A stretch of 64,000 nucleotides of DNA, from contig CM119371.1 in NCBI GenBank assembly GCA_051294905.1, positions 9,240,001-9,304,000 on the forward strand. The letters run 5' to 3'. The notes beneath the pieces are model-generated. The model was not told the origin of the DNA, made no database searches, and saw only the letters and a program-made list of their open reading frames with translations. Below are positions 12,601-26,500 of this stretch, piece by piece. Origin of the DNA: Botryllus schlosseri (lineage: Eukaryota). A program made the translations under genes and the position numbers. Numbering within the stretch: the first letter of the stretch is position 1; every line of letters starts with the position of its first letter.

Positions 12601-15124
12601 CTTTATCAAACCGAATCAGAGCAGTATTCGACTACACATTATTTTCACAACCAATATACATTCTCGCGTACGTTTCCAGCATGACCTTTTGGGCAGCTAT
12701 GGTAAGGAAGCGGTTTAGGCAAAAGCTTATTTCGGAGATGAGTCTATTCGGATCCAAATAAACTAATTCTAACTTTGTTAGCAATAAACCTTTGGTAACA
12801 ATAAGCTACATTTTGCCTACTTATCAATTGCAATCAATAATCGAATCGCCTCAAACTCTTATAGTCCGAGTCCAAATACAGTTAGTCATAATACCATTTC
12901 CCGAGATTCTAGACCCGTGGTTCTCAACCTTTTTGAACTCGCGGACCGACAAAACTCCATAACAAATGTTGCGGACCGTTGAACCGCCAAAAACCAAAAT
13001 TCACCTAAATGCATGAAACTTTATTGTAATTCTTGAAATACTGGTAATGATGCATTGTGATACTAGATATTTACATGTGGTTCAGATGAAGTTCCTGCAT
13101 GCTCGGGAAGTCCTGTGAAAACGACCTCAATACTATGATTGAGATTGTTCGGTATCCTTTGAAAGAAATGTAAACGCTATTTGCTGCGGCCTGTATTATA
13201 GGCCTACTATCAATGTCGCTTAATAGCACTGTCCGAATATTACGAAGTTTGTTTAAAAGTCTCCGTAGCTGCCCCATATAACTTGTCCGAGACGAATCGT
13301 AGGTCAATTTCAAACAATTCCGTATAACGCTTACAACATTGTGATGTACGCTAAAACTAGAGCCTGAGCTCTGTATTGCGACACAATAAAAAAATTCGTT
13401 CCACACATCTAAGTATATTTAAAACTTGATGGTATGTTTCTCTTATTACTGTAATGGACACGCCTCCTACTTCTTGCATTTTTTAATTGAGCTTTAATAT
13501 TCATATGTATCACCAGCAAACTTGCTACGTACCGACGGCTGAGAAACACTGTTTTAGACAATATTGTAACAATGTGGGCGGAAAATAGGCGTAATGACTA
13601 GATGTCCACCGTATATCATGGCAAAGCTTTTAAACCATTCCAGCGCGTTAAATCTAGTAAAATACATCAATTTTACGTCGATAAATTCCTGGGCGTCATG
13701 CCTCCTCATCGCGTGTAGTTTTTTTTATTTTTGCTCCTTCTTGGGATGGTACGCGAAAACAGTTCCACATCTGGTGGTACGAATAAACTCTTTGGCCATC
13801 CGGTTCTATTACGCACGCCACTTGTTTCAAGCCTGTTCTGTTACGAAAGGTCATTGCCAGTAACCGGTAATGCCAATACACGATTTTCATTCAAGTATCA
13901 GATACTCCGATGAGATAAAAGCTGTGCTGTTTCTAAATTTGCAGCTTTGCAGAAACAATACTTTCTATTTGCAGGTGGGTTGTACCTTCCTAATCATTCC
14001 CCTAGGAATGGAATCATTGGGACTGGATCGCACGGCCTCGGCAATTTTACTCACTTTTCATGCATCTGGAGACCTAGTTGGAAGAATATTCGCTGGAGCG
14101 ACTGGTGATTGCAAGGGCGTGAACAGGTTGGTTAAACTATCAGACGCTTGGTGCGAACGTCGTGCCTCACGTCGTTCGCGTTCGATATGCGAACTTGTGT
14201 TCACAATCGAAACTTGGAATGTTTTACACTGCAAATTTTCTTTGTTGGAAAGCAGAATTTATACAGTTATCTTAACATATGATCGCATTCCCATGAGTTG
14301 CAACTTTCTGTAATCGGAACTCCCTGCGTCACGGTGACAGTAAGAAAGATGATTTATCTCGAAACAAAATAAACCTGGCATCGTCAAAAATGTTACTGAC
14401 TCTCCAGAATTTTACTTAAAATATCCTAATGCCGATTGCCCTCGTTATCAACCGCTATAAGTTTGAACTACAGCTAGCGCGAGATCAAAAGGTTATGTAC
14501 CCGCACATTGAAGTTAGTCACTCATGATTAAGCCACAAATTATATTTGGTTATCCATAGATTCCTGTTTTGGGTAGGAAACGCTTTGACCAATAGATGCA
14601 CATACTGTTATGCAGTATTTACATAATACATATAGCATTTACAATCTATTGGCCTACAACTTGGTAATCGCATTGCAGGGCTCTTCTTTTGGGCTGTACG
14701 ACCGCATTTGGCACGGTGGCAACTTATGCCATAACACTTTCTCGTGATTACGCGATACAATGCGCGGTGACCTTCATTTTGGGAATGACCTACGCGCCGT
14801 TTGGAAGCTTATACGTTGTGTTGTATACCGAAGTTTTCGGCGTTGATAAAATGACCCATGCGTTAAGCTACGAAGGATTTCTCAGCACGATACTCACACT
14901 GCCCGTTACTTATTTACTGGGTAAGTCGGGGCCGCGATGCCAATATTTTACAAAATTCTCTACCCCTGATGTTATGCGTGATTACAGGTATAATTATTGA
15001 TTTGACCGGGGAAGTTCGCATCGCGTATTATGTCTGTGGAGTATTTATGATGATTACGTCGGTATGCGTTTGTATCATCTACATTATACAAAGAAGAAAC
15101 GCCAACTCAAAGTCACCGGAATAG
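3684..15124 (+). CDS. SLC16 / monocarboxylate transporter (MFS) family gene, 7 coding exons, 429 aa
   Basis: Exons 3684-3891, 7583-7723, 10659-10884, 12518-12701, 13975-14126, 14679-14920 and 14988-15124. All introns are GT-AG with compatible phases (1,1,2,0,2,1). The total is 1290 nt ending in TAG. SLC16 motifs: PDSTWS (cf. PDGGWGW), YYVKHRSKAAG loop, EYGWRGAMLI, TM8 GDLVGRIFAG. Confidence 0.92.
6046..6898. mobile_element. hAT (Charlie-like) non-autonomous element
   Basis: TIRs CAGTGGTTCTCAACC / GGTTGAGAACCGCTG and 8-bp TSD ATTTAAAA. A minus-strand remnant FATTSLYENGFPTLVYMKSK at ~6340-6405 resembles the hAT dimerisation domain. Confidence 0.85.
7891..8066. mobile_element. Short MITE (family shared with 59273-59466)
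   Basis: CAATGTT...CATTG ends; flanks TTCGAATG / CTCGAATG (7/8 match). Confidence 0.7.
8891..9336. mobile_element. MITE, 8-bp TSD
   Basis: TAGGGTTGCATT / AATGCAACACTA ends; flanks ATTTTGCC / ATTGTGCC. A partial inverted copy lies at ~25200-25512. Confidence 0.75.
9377..10251. mobile_element. MITE rich in GACTCGAGTC/AGTCA subterminal repeats
   Basis: CAGTGTTGG / CCAACACTG ends; perfect TSD CATTCTAT. Confidence 0.85.
10910..12157. mobile_element. TIR element in intron 3 of the first SLC16 gene, containing a nested MITE
   Basis: TAGAGCGATTTTT / AAAAATCGCCCCA ends; flanks GTTATACC / GTTATAAC. Homologous to ~19861-20650 and, inverted, to ~43407-43840. Confidence 0.75.
10974..11330. mobile_element. 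Nested hAT-type MITE
   Basis: CAGTAGTTCCCAAC / GTTGGGAACCACTG ends; perfect TSD CGTTAGAT. Confidence 0.85.
12915..13551. mobile_element. hAT-type MITE
   Basis: CCGTGGTTCTCAACC / GGCTGAGAAACACTG ends; flanks TTCTAGAC / TTTTAGAC. Confidence 0.7.
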
Positions 15125-17304
15125 GAGCAATGTAAATCTCGCCTTCAACCAAATGTAGCATTGTACTCTTTTGACGAATACAGTGTCAATTCACTCCCGA
15201 AGGGCTGACATGAGTGGTACTCGAAAACAGAACTTAACTCAGAATGATATCGCGATCATAAATAAATTCTACGTGACACGTGCATACCTTACTACGTTCC
15301 TGCGTGCATGAATGATCTACATCAAAATGTAATACTCGATTTATGCCGCGGTATAAGTCTGAGATTCTGGTACTCGATTTACACCGCGGTATAAGTCTGA
15401 GGTTCTGGTTTCGAGTGTCATGAATGTATATTAACACTCGCATATCAAGGTTTGTAAACGGGCGGAAATATACACTGTCTTCGCTACGACTGTGCGCGTT
15501 TGAAGCGGGGAGCTCACTGCACGGATGGAAAGTGCCTAGGTGGAAACTAGAGATCTTGGACCGCATATGGCCCTATGTGATCAGCCTTATGAGGAGACGG
15601 CTTTGTGAATGTTTCTATGATATTCAAAGCGCGACAGAATTTAGTTGTGAATACATCAATTTGTTGTTACGAAATTTCAGAAGTTGTATATAACGAAGTC
15701 GGTTACTTTCAATTTTGTGTTGTCATCCAGTAGGTTTTGTGTGCTTGCACGATATCTACTTTTTGATACATTCGATTTTGTTAAATGGAATCTTGTTCGG
15801 GAGTATGTTTGCGCAGCTTGTCTTAATAAAATTGTTTTAACTGGACCTTTTTCGAAAATTACACCCAGCTGAGGTGTCACAAGTGATTTTCTGCAAGCCC
15901 GAAAATACCTATCTCCGATCAACTGCGAAAAATATGTAGTCACTTGGCTTAATCTACTTTTGAGTACTAGAGGCCTTCTTTTACTATTTTAACTTCAAGT
16001 AGGCTAGTTGTAGCAATTTCTAGGGTTACCATATTCGGTAATTGGGAAAGAAGAACACTCTGATCAAGTAATAAAAGTTTGTTCACGGAAACTAAAAACA
16101 GCTGAATTTGAAATACTTGCTGTCTTGAATAAAAAATGACATTCTCACTTCGACTTGACTCCTAAAGTCCTAATTACTCTGTTTTTTACGAAACTTCTCA
16201 GGTATTGACTGAAAAAGGTCCTATTTCCGATTTGACTTCCGAATCCGCTTTCATTTTATATTGCCAGTGTTGATTCAAAGGAAAAATGTCATTTTGCAGC
16301 TTCAACTCCCTCGTAACCAGTCGTCTATATCCTTTGGGCCTAACTTTAACGTCTTTCGTGGTGTTTTTGGGAATTCTAAGCTAAAAAGCGCGATAAATTG
16401 TCAAAAATCAGGACATTTGGGCGATGGGAGGACATTTCTTCAAAATGGAGAACGAATGCTCCTAAGGAAGGACGTATGGTAATCCTAAATTCTTTAGAAT
16501 CGCTACGTGCACTTGGAATTGAGTGATAAATTTATGGCGTTACTTGTATTTATACTCGAATACCAGCGCCGTTTACTTTGACCGCCTCTGCCAAATTCAG
16601 ATTTCATGTTTATTTTATGTTCTATTGGATCAAAATATATCTATTATGTGCTATCATTTTGTTAGGGAATTTTGTTGCTTAGTTTGCTGAGCTCCCACTT
16701 GGAACAACAGATAGCATGAACTGTTCTATATCCATGAGATTTTATTCAGAAAGGTTATCGAAAGATTGTTTCGTTTTGTATATATATAATATAGATATCA
16801 TCATCAGTCGATAGTGTGCAAAGGTAACGTTATCAACATGTACGCAGTCATTGTTAGGTGCTGCGTCATTGGCAAAGTGCAGCTCGGACAGCGAACTAGT
16901 TGGACTGGCATATAAGCACATTTCCCTGAGGATTACCATCAATCAAATCCTTCATCAGTTGTCATATTATAATCCATTACCAACGATTTGCAACTTATAG
17001 TTGATTTGGTAGAGGTTATGACAATGGGCCAGTAGTCCCGTATGTGGGGGAAATATGTAAAATTGGTCGCCACCATCCGTAGCCCAACTGCTATAAGGTT
17101 CTAGAATGCGATAATCTGGGTCAGTAATTCCCAACCGCGCTGGGCCGCATGCGGCCCCCAGAAAAATATTGAGAAATCGATTTATGAAAAAAAAATATAT
17201 TTAAAAAATACTCTTGCTTGGCTAAGATTACGTCACTGCTGTTTCAATGGAATGTGCCCTAACTTTCCAGTTGAACGGGCAGTACCTATAGATATAGATA
17301 TTGA

Positions 17305-18663
17305 CAGGACCGTAACTTCCGCACCCCAAGCCCCCCAATTGGGGGGAGCAAGCTCGAAGGGGGCTCAAAATTATTTAGTGAATTAGCATAAATTATAGAG
17401 TATTTTATGAAATGTTACGCAACTTTTTCAAATATTTTTGGCTTGCGCGCGATTTCAAGACTCCAAGTACCTTAATTATTGGATACTCTTCGACCAAGAT
17501 AAAATACGCAAGATTTATAGAAGTGGGCATATCGGCGTTGGCCATTACCGCGCCACGACGCACGAAGACAAGTAACGTTTTAGGCCATGTAACATATTAC
17601 TCCAAGTAGTGTGCCAGAACGATCGGCAGCGAGAAAACCTTGGCCGAAAAAGACTGCCATTACGCTGACCAAAGACTTCGTTATGTAGCCTATATAAAAA
17701 ATACACATAATTGACCATAGGCGCCTAAGTGACTGGCGCCGAATGCTCCTGTCTTGGCAATCTGAACGTCACGAGACAAATAGGCTACCATCCCGCAGGG
17801 AAGACTGATATGCCAGTGAAGAACTACCAATTTGAAATCGTGTGCATCTTTTAGTTTAGTATGTTTGGGCGATTCTATATTTCTTGATATAGCAGACTGA
17901 AGATCACGAAATAACAAATAACATCATGTAACGAAGTCGTACGACTCGTACCAACGGGTTCGCACGTCCGAATATGTTTAGTTATTATTTACGGGCCCTA
18001 CAGTTTCCAAGACACCTCACTCAGCTCTACCGGTAAATCTGATTACGTGAGCAGAGAGGACGAGTAATTGATAGCAATATATATGCAATTCCCGATCTTA
18101 TTGACCTATTTTATATTGAATTATCGAAAATTTTCGCGTTCCACGCTCCACGCTGACTCACTAAACGGGGATCCTGATTTCGTGGCAGAAGCGAACAACG
18201 GTATGGGGGGTCAGTTTATCACCCTGTGGGAGCTCAAGACCTAAGTGTTTGGGGGGCCTGACGAAGTGCTGTTTCGTTCCTGCCAGCGGGTATACGCCCG
18301 AAGATGTTTAATTATTATTGAGTGGTCCTACTTTTTCAAACACAACTCACTCGGCTCAACCGGTCAATCTGATTACGTGAGCAAAGAGAGGATAAAAATT
18401 GATATTAATATATATGCAATTCCCGATTATATTGACCGATTCAATCATGAATTATAGAAATTTTTCGCGCTTCGCGCGATTAGTAGAGAGAATAAGCTGC
18501 CTAAAACGGACACCCGATTTAGATGATAAATACCGGTAAACAGCCATCTAGCCTGAGGGGGTCTGGGGGCTTCGAAGTTCTGTTTATCACCCTATGGGGG
18601 GCCAGGGGGCCAAGAGAAACGTTTTTTTTTTGGGGGGGCTGGTGAAGTGCTGTTACGGCCCTG
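17305..18663. mobile_element. ~1.36-kb non-autonomous TIR element
   Basis: CAGGACCGTAAC / GTTACGGCCCTG ends; flanks GATATTGA / GGTATTGA. The 3' part is internally duplicated. Homologous to ~22660-23560 and ~35200-35520. Confidence 0.75.
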
Positions 18664-19636
18664 GGTATTGATAACTAATTTACGGATAGATGTGCAACAA
18701 GTGACTCATGATTGAATACGCCGAGATGCGTACTGCTTAGCTGGCAAAAAGCAGCATAATTGGTAGCCCTATAGCTTGCGACCCAAGCGTCCGAATAATT
18801 TGATATGTCGGTGTCTATCGAAAGCAAGTGTCGCACTGATTCCAAAAAGACGAATTGAAATCTCGCCAGGGCAATAAAACTACTCCGAAATAGCCAGCAA
18901 AAGTTGATTGTTCTGAACAACGGGAGCCCGGCAACACAATATCCAATGGCGTCTAGCGAATGATAAGAACAATGCCAATTTTTATATTTTGGTGACTATT
19001 TGCGGTTCCTTTCATTGTCTTGGTATTTGTGCGGACCCGGTCGTACTCTGAAATTCCAAATTTGGCCCAGCCACCGAAAAAGGTTGGGAACCACTGATTT
19101 TGGGTGTTTTCGTGTCCGCAACATACTATGACTATAATTAAGAAACACACCTCTGCCTCTTGCTGCTCTGGGCTATGAGGCACATGACGAACATCATTAG
19201 TAATTCAGCACATCAGTATCTTACATTGCCGTAGGTATCGTTCGAGTTGTAGACTTGGTAGTTTTACTTTTTCTCCCTCTCCAATATTAGAAGCTGTCAA
19301 ATAGGATTCTTACTATATTTCGTATTTAAGTCACCACAAGTGCGATGTTTCAAATGTAACCTATTCGGTCACGGAGTGAAACATTGAAGATGTATTCAAC
19401 GTTGCACTAAATATTGGTGACACTATGTAGGGAAATGCGTTAAGTCACTCCGTTGCGTAAACTGCTGTGAAGCGAGTTTAGTTGGATACACGGGATGCAG
19501 GCCGCACTGGTGTACCGCTTCTCAAGCGTAACACGACAAAAATGAATGATTGGAAAATATAGCAAGAATAGTGGCACGTCTTCTTTTGCTTTAACTGTTG
19601 ACACTTCCGGTACCACCAGCATTGGTCCGCGTAGAG

Positions 19637-20801
19637 CAGTGGTTCCCAACCTGTGGTACGCGTACCAATAGTGGTACGCGAAGGTCTTCCAGGTGGTACG
19701 CGAGTAGATTCTGTTAATTTTTTCGACCAAAGGAAGATATTAGTTCAGGTGGGTTTGATTTTGAATTTTTTGAATTTTTTTGACTAGTGGTGAAAAAACA
19801 ATTCCATGCATCTCATCAACCCGGGCTGATAATGCCTAGTTTAATAAAATTTGGTATTAGTAGGGCTATTTTTTTTACAAAATTGAGCGTTAAGTCAAAA
19901 AATTGTCAAAATTGTTTACAAAGTCAAAAGATTTTTGACCCCTCCATTTCGTTTGTATCGTAGATTTGATACTTTAAAGCTTTAAGCCTACTTTATAGGC
20001 CTACCGTTGTAGGCGGCCCATTGTCTGCTCATCGTGGATCATAAATTGTCAAACGAAACGAATAGGTTGTCAATTGACATGGTGTTATTCTCAACGTACC
20101 GTAATATCCTAACTGAAGCAAGACTGCTTGGGCATTGCATGGATATTTTATCAAGAAGCGCATGATGAATAGGCCTAATTGTGATGTATGACGTGTATGA
20201 CAACAATGTCAGAATGAAGCACCATGGTGGGTCACCAGCAGTGTACGCACAGTCTCAGTGTTGTCAACCAACAACTACTGCTGTTAAACGGTAGGCTATT
20301 TTTCCATTTTTGGCAAGCTACTTAGTAAGGACAGACAATTTTCACCCGAGAATGTAAGAAAGTATGTTTCGTCGTTGTACTACAACAAATTTTAATTAAC
20401 TCCTCCATAATACGTGGTGTAACTACTGGGTCAGATATCGTTAAAATAAAGTTTTTTCATGTCAAAATTTGTCAGTTTCTAAGTCAAAAAGGCTTTTTCA
20501 GGCCATACTACTTCGTAAGGACAGACAGTCCTTACCAAAATTGAATATAAGTAGTACAATTTTAACATTATGTGCGAAAACACCTAATTTGCGTACGTGA
20601 AGTCAAAATTCGGTCAAAATTCTCCAAATTTTTAGGTAAAAATCGCCCTACACCGCACATAGGCCAATTACGGGATTATGACGTCATAAATGGTGAAAAC
20701 ATTTTTACCGCGTACGTCGTGCGTAAATTATGTAGGTGGTACGCGAGCACTGCATAAAACCTCGAAGTGGTACGCGGAAGGAAAAAGGTTGGGAACCACT
20801 G
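19637..20801. mobile_element. hAT-type non-autonomous element
   Basis: CAGTGGTTCCCAACCT / AGGTTGGGAACCACTG ends; perfect TSD GCGTAGAG. An inverted end fragment lies at ~49944-49996. Confidence 0.85.
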
Positions 20802-22659
20802 GCGTAGAGAAAGAGAGGTATTGCGATATAAATAATATGTGACAGTGTTTGTGAATGTGTCTGTGTATGTATGTGAGACACAACAAATTTCCCAAGTGTA
20901 TGGATAATACAGTGAAATACAAATTGTTTGGCAGAGTAAATGCCATGTCCCAGCTCAGGGAAGGTTGACTGATTAGTCTGCCAGCACGGTCAGCATGTAA
21001 TAATAATAGAGCGGGGCATAGTCAGGAGCCGGAATTGATATCCGGCCAGATGTTTTTTCATTTTTGGCCGCAGTCGGATCGGGGTAGGATTTGATTTTTT
21101 TCTGGTGCGGAAAGGGATGGGAGTCGGATCTTACTTTTCGCTATGGTCAGAATCGCTATGGAGGCTATTGATAAGCGTGATTGTTGTAAGCAGGGATTTG
21201 GTGCTCCAGCTCCAGCTCCAGAGCTCTCTTCAATCATAAATTAGCTCCGGAACTCATTGATACCACTGTTCCGGCTCCGACTCCTGAAATTATATGGTTC
21301 GGTTGTAACCGCTGCAAAGACCATCATTTTGTTTTGGTATGCGAAGTCCTATGACTTGATAAATACTTCGTGTCGTATGTCGATGACGTCAAATCCGCAC
21401 GAGAGCGCACTATACTCCATTTCATTGCTGTGTACACATGGTACAGCATTAAAGCATTGACCGTACTGCGCTCGTAAATATCAAGCCACACAGTTTAATT
21501 CAATCTTGAATTGGTGCGATCTGCTCATGTGTGACTGCAGAAATGAGCGCATGGACCATAGACTGCAAGAAACAGGATCAGAGTTAGACCAGAGATCCGT
21601 CTAGCACTAATAGACGAGAATCGACATGTCCTCTCGTGGGCGATTGTTGCATTAAAATATATTTGATTTCATGTAGAGCCCCATTTAGTGGCCACGAAGA
21701 TAATTGAAGTTCTCTCAATAGGGGGTGGGGGAGTTTGGGTTCATTTAATGGCATGGCTTCGATGGATAAGATTATGCGAGAGTAGGGAAGTGAGTGGGGC
21801 ACACGACACCAATGCATGTGGGTTCGAATCCCGGTTTTGACCATATTCTGCGTGTCTGAGGTTTCTCTGGGCTCCTATCGCCGATCTCACTATACTACGG
21901 TGGTGCATTGACAAGCCCAGACAGAAAGTGAGTCGCGCGAGCTTCAGGTCGGCCGCAGAGACCACGATGACTGACGATTGAGTGAGAGAATAGAATGAAC
22001 GTCTCAATCAACGTCTCAAAGATTACGAAAATCAAAGATGAAATGGACATTACAAAAATTCGTGTCATGGTGTACTTTGCCTTAAAAAGGCGATAAGCGC
22101 CACTTTGTCGTGCAAATGAAGTTTTACTGTGAATAAAGAATATAATTATGGTCTTACGGCTCACGCTGAAGGTGGCAACAGAGAGTCAGAAACCGATGCA
22201 TCAGTGCGAGGTTGCAACTTGCTAGCTTCCAGCCATTCGCTGACCGCTGGGGCTCTCTCTTTTGTAGTACGTCTCATATCGATCAAATTCAGAATTTTCA
22301 TAGGGTTATCAGGTCGAATCAGGTCGTATCAGGTAGGGAAACTCCCCCGTGGGAATACCTCGCAGAACCTTCCATCCTTCCACAGGCAATATCATCACTA
22401 ACATTTTATACATACGATTCTTAGATGCACACACACATACTCTATGGAAGCGTCCAGTTGCCAACTAGCCGGTATTAGGAATTCGTCTCGCGGACAAGCC
22501 CAAATCGCTGACATTGATGAACAATCAGTGTGAATTTCGGGTCTAGCCGAGCGGAGCGTAAATGTTTTTTGAATAAATGGAATAATTTGATTAATAATGT
22601 TGGTGCGTGTGGATGAGCAAGCGGTGTCCATGTATTTCTTTGAAAATTTATATACCTTA

Positions 22660-23560
22660 TTCAAACAAAATTTCGCGCGATGCGCGAATTAATGCTGTCA
22701 AATATATTGATTATTGGGTACTCTCCCACCAAGATGAAATATGCATGATTTATAGAAATGGGCACTTCGGGGTCGGTCATTATACGGCACCACGACGCAC
22801 CAAGACATGTGAAGTTATAGGCCATGTAACATGCGATTCCGAAAAGTGTGCCAGAAAGATCAGCAGCGAGACGACTCGGGCCGAAAAAGATTGCCCTTGT
22901 GATGACCGAAAACTTCGATATCATGTTTAATAGGAAATTGTCCATAGGCGCCTAAATGACTGGCGCCGAATGTTCCTGTCCTGGCGATGTGAGCCCCACA
23001 AGACAACTTCCATCCCGCAGTGAACATTATTTGCCAGTAAAGAAATCGCAATTTGAAATCGTCTGCGTCTTTTAGTTTAGTAGGTTGGGGCCTTTTCAAT
23101 ATCTTTTTCGCGTTCTGGATAACCCTGTTTTTGACATAGCGCATAGGAGGTCACTAAATAGCATCATGTAACGAAGTCATTATACCAGTGGGTACGCCGG
23201 AAGATATTTAATTAATATTTAGGGGTCCTACCTTTTCCAACACGCCCTACTCATCTCTACCGATAAATCTGATTAAACGAGCACAGAGAGTATAAATTTG
23301 ATAGCAATATATATGCAATTCCCGATCATGTTGACCGAATAAATCATGAATTATATATTTTTTTCGCGCTTCGTGCGTTTATGCGACACAAGCTCAATCA
23401 CCAAACGGGCACCCAATGTAGATAAGTGGTGGTAAAAAGCGTATAGGCTGAAGGCGATCTGGGGGAGGGGGTGAAGCACCACAGAAGTTCTTTTTATCAC
23501 CCCATGGGGGCCAAAGACCAAGGTTTTGGGAGGGGCTGACGAAGTGCAGTTACGGTCCTC
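22660..23560. mobile_element. Partial second copy of the 17305-18663 element
   Basis: Shared blocks such as CCATAGGCGCCTAA.TGACTGGCGCCGAATG and TCATGTAACGAAGTC; ends GTTACGGTCCT. Confidence 0.7.
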
Positions 23561-26500
23561 CTCATACAAAAGAGCAACAGTTCGATTGTTTTAGCTACAT
23601 TTTACTTTACAGGATTTGATATATGTCATATTTGAATGATTCACACATATTAGGGTGTCAGAGAGTCCAAGCTGTCCACAATGAACCTAATTTGCATGCC
23701 ATCGTTCATCATATGTCTTCATATGTCTAATGGTTATAGAATAGTTATATGATTGTCTTTCATCTGTCCCTGTGGCATATAAGTCAGAAGTAAATTGACA
23801 ATACTGTTGGAGGCGAAGTCGCAGTTTTCTTAAGAAAATAGTACGTTCAAAGACTCGCTGGAGGTACGAAGTACCACATCAGGGATTACAAAATGTATTG
23901 TGCAATTAAACCTATATTCTATCTAGAGCTTGGAATTATTTTGCAAACCATCAAAAAAGGAATATTCCTGGGTTTATTTATTAAACTACAAAATATTCGG
24001 ATGCACGATTTTGTGTGAATGGGCCTTTTGCTGTTAATATCATCATGAACCATCTGAATTGTGTTGAAAATAGTCAGGGATACGAGAAATCTTATTGTAA
24101 TTGAATGGGGTACAGTCGCTAAAAAGATTAGAAAACAGTGCCTAATTACTTTGGCAAAATAATTATTAGATTTAAGTTGTTGTTGATCAGTTCCAATCGG
24201 AGGAAAATCGAGCGCTGATTCAAGTTGACTTTAGCAATCAAATGAACAATGGTCTACTCATCGGAACTATACCAGAAACCCGGATTAGGCTAGACTGCTC
24301 AAATGCTCTGATATCAGACCAATTTTGGTTAATTCTAAAATATTCTACCTATAATTGTGGAACGTCAAATGTCCACTACCAGTTATATCATAACGCGACA
24401 GCTTTTACGACGTAAGGATGCATTTGTCCTCTCGCAGTGTGTATATAACTCATTGTTTTGACAAATTATGCCCAACACAAAAATAATTTTTATTCAAATA
24501 TTTGAAAATAAGATTCTTTTACGAGCCAAGCATGAATAGTACAATAGTAAATTACATTTTCACGACGTTTGTGGATTGCCAGTCTGCAAGGTCCCGTCAA
24601 ATAAGGCCTACTTGTAAACTATACACTGGATATCCATATAATTGATACTGCGGCCCGCGGCGTCATCAAAAACTAGGAAATAGGCCTGCGAGCACATTTG
24701 CTACCGCTGATCTACTGCATATTATAGTGTATATATATCCTCGACGTCGATATGTATACTCTCTCTTGAACATACGATATTATCACAGCCATGTCCTGTC
24801 TACAGCCTCTGCTTTATTGAGCCAGCAGCTGTGACTACGGATTTCTTCTATGTATGGTCTTTCTTCCAACGAAACGAAGATTTGAAGAAGGAAATCCTGA
24901 ACAAAACCAAAAATTGTTATACAAAAAGAAGGTCAAGATACTCAACAATAATTTATTGAGATGTGCGACAAATTGGCTACTCTAGCTTAGGCTAGGGGTT
25001 CTCAACTTTTTTTGGGCCGTGACCCATTTCCTGGTTTGAAAATGCTCTGTGGCCCATCCTGGACTCTTGCGACCCGAAACGTCGTTTTGATCGGCCCGCG
25101 AAAGCCTCAAGAAACGTTGTAAGAATAATGATTGAATAATCGTATTAAAATTCAATTTACTGTTGGTGCTTGATTAATCTTTTTCTTAATATATTTCAAC
25201 ATGAGAATACCTTCCGAAAACATGTTGTATGAGCTTACGGACAATTACCACCCGATAAAGCCGAGGTACACGATATGGGATGGTTAGAACCCTCAAAATA
25301 GTCGGTTCAACTGCCATAGTACAGATATTTCGTCAAAGGAGCTATATTTACCCTATATTTTAAATTGTAAACGTCAATCCATTATGACGTCACAATTCAA
25401 TATTCGCGACGTAATGGCTTAAAAAACAACACTAATAAAAATATGTTTTAAACCAAGGCCTCGTTTCAAATATATTTGTTTTAAATTGATTTTTGTTTCA
25501 AATTCAACCCTAGTTATGATACTGTTAGCATTGTGTTTCCTGGAGTTACAGTAAAAGTAAAATCAGCAAATTAGATCACTGCTCACAGACTCAAATTTAT
25601 ATCCATACACAAATGCATGTATATTATTTTCATGTCGTCGGTCACGATATCTTCAAATGAAAATATTTTGACTTATCATCTCAATTTTAGATGTTGGAAT
25701 GCGCCCCGCGAGCTTAAGAGTTTGCCAAAGCCCCTGCTCCAGAGTCTTAGTCCTGCTCAATGCATGGTAGTCGTCGACGCCGATACAGTGTATTCGGCGC
25801 TTAAGCTCAATCTAACTTGAAAGTCGATAGCGGTTCAACAACCCTCAAAGCAGCTTTTTAGACTACTACTAAAATCTGACGACAAATATTCATGGTAAAC
25901 TGGCTAATGAGAACTTCGCACCGGAGAGAGCCCTTGTGAAGTTACTTTCAATCATTGATTGATTTCTTGAGATATACCTCGCGTGTAAATATTTTAATTG
26001 TAGAAGCAAAACACTTCCGCAGTCTTACTATATATGTGCCAAAATCGCGAGTATAAATGTTAGGAATTGTAATCGGGTCATCGCTGGCCAGTCGCGCGGG
26101 CGCGAAGGTGTTTTTAACCTCGTGAATGAATTTCGTCGATAATATTAGTAGTTTCACATATTACTGTCAAATATTTATCCATTTTCAGCCCACGCTATCA
26201 GATTAACCGATGTAGGTGATGGATGGAGTTTCTCTAGGAATTGTGGGCACAGAATTAGTGATGATGCACTCACGATTTTTATTACCCACTTTGTTGCATC
26301 ATGTTTTTTCTTGATTTACCATCAGGATTGTCGGTATAGTCAAAATTTATTGGAATCACCCAAACGTACCAGAAAACCTTCATTTGTGAAACGTACACGA
26401 TTTCAACTTGGTATTTCTGCTTGAGGTGCATTATATTCCTCTGCGGCTCGCATTTGTACGATCGGTTCAGATTTCAGGGGTTATTGTATAAAAAACGAAC

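Noticed and set aside
21785..21850. tRNA gene (B-box GGTTCGAATCCC at 21821-21832)
   Set aside because: No cloverleaf or good A-box could be built; at most a decayed tRNA-derived SINE head.
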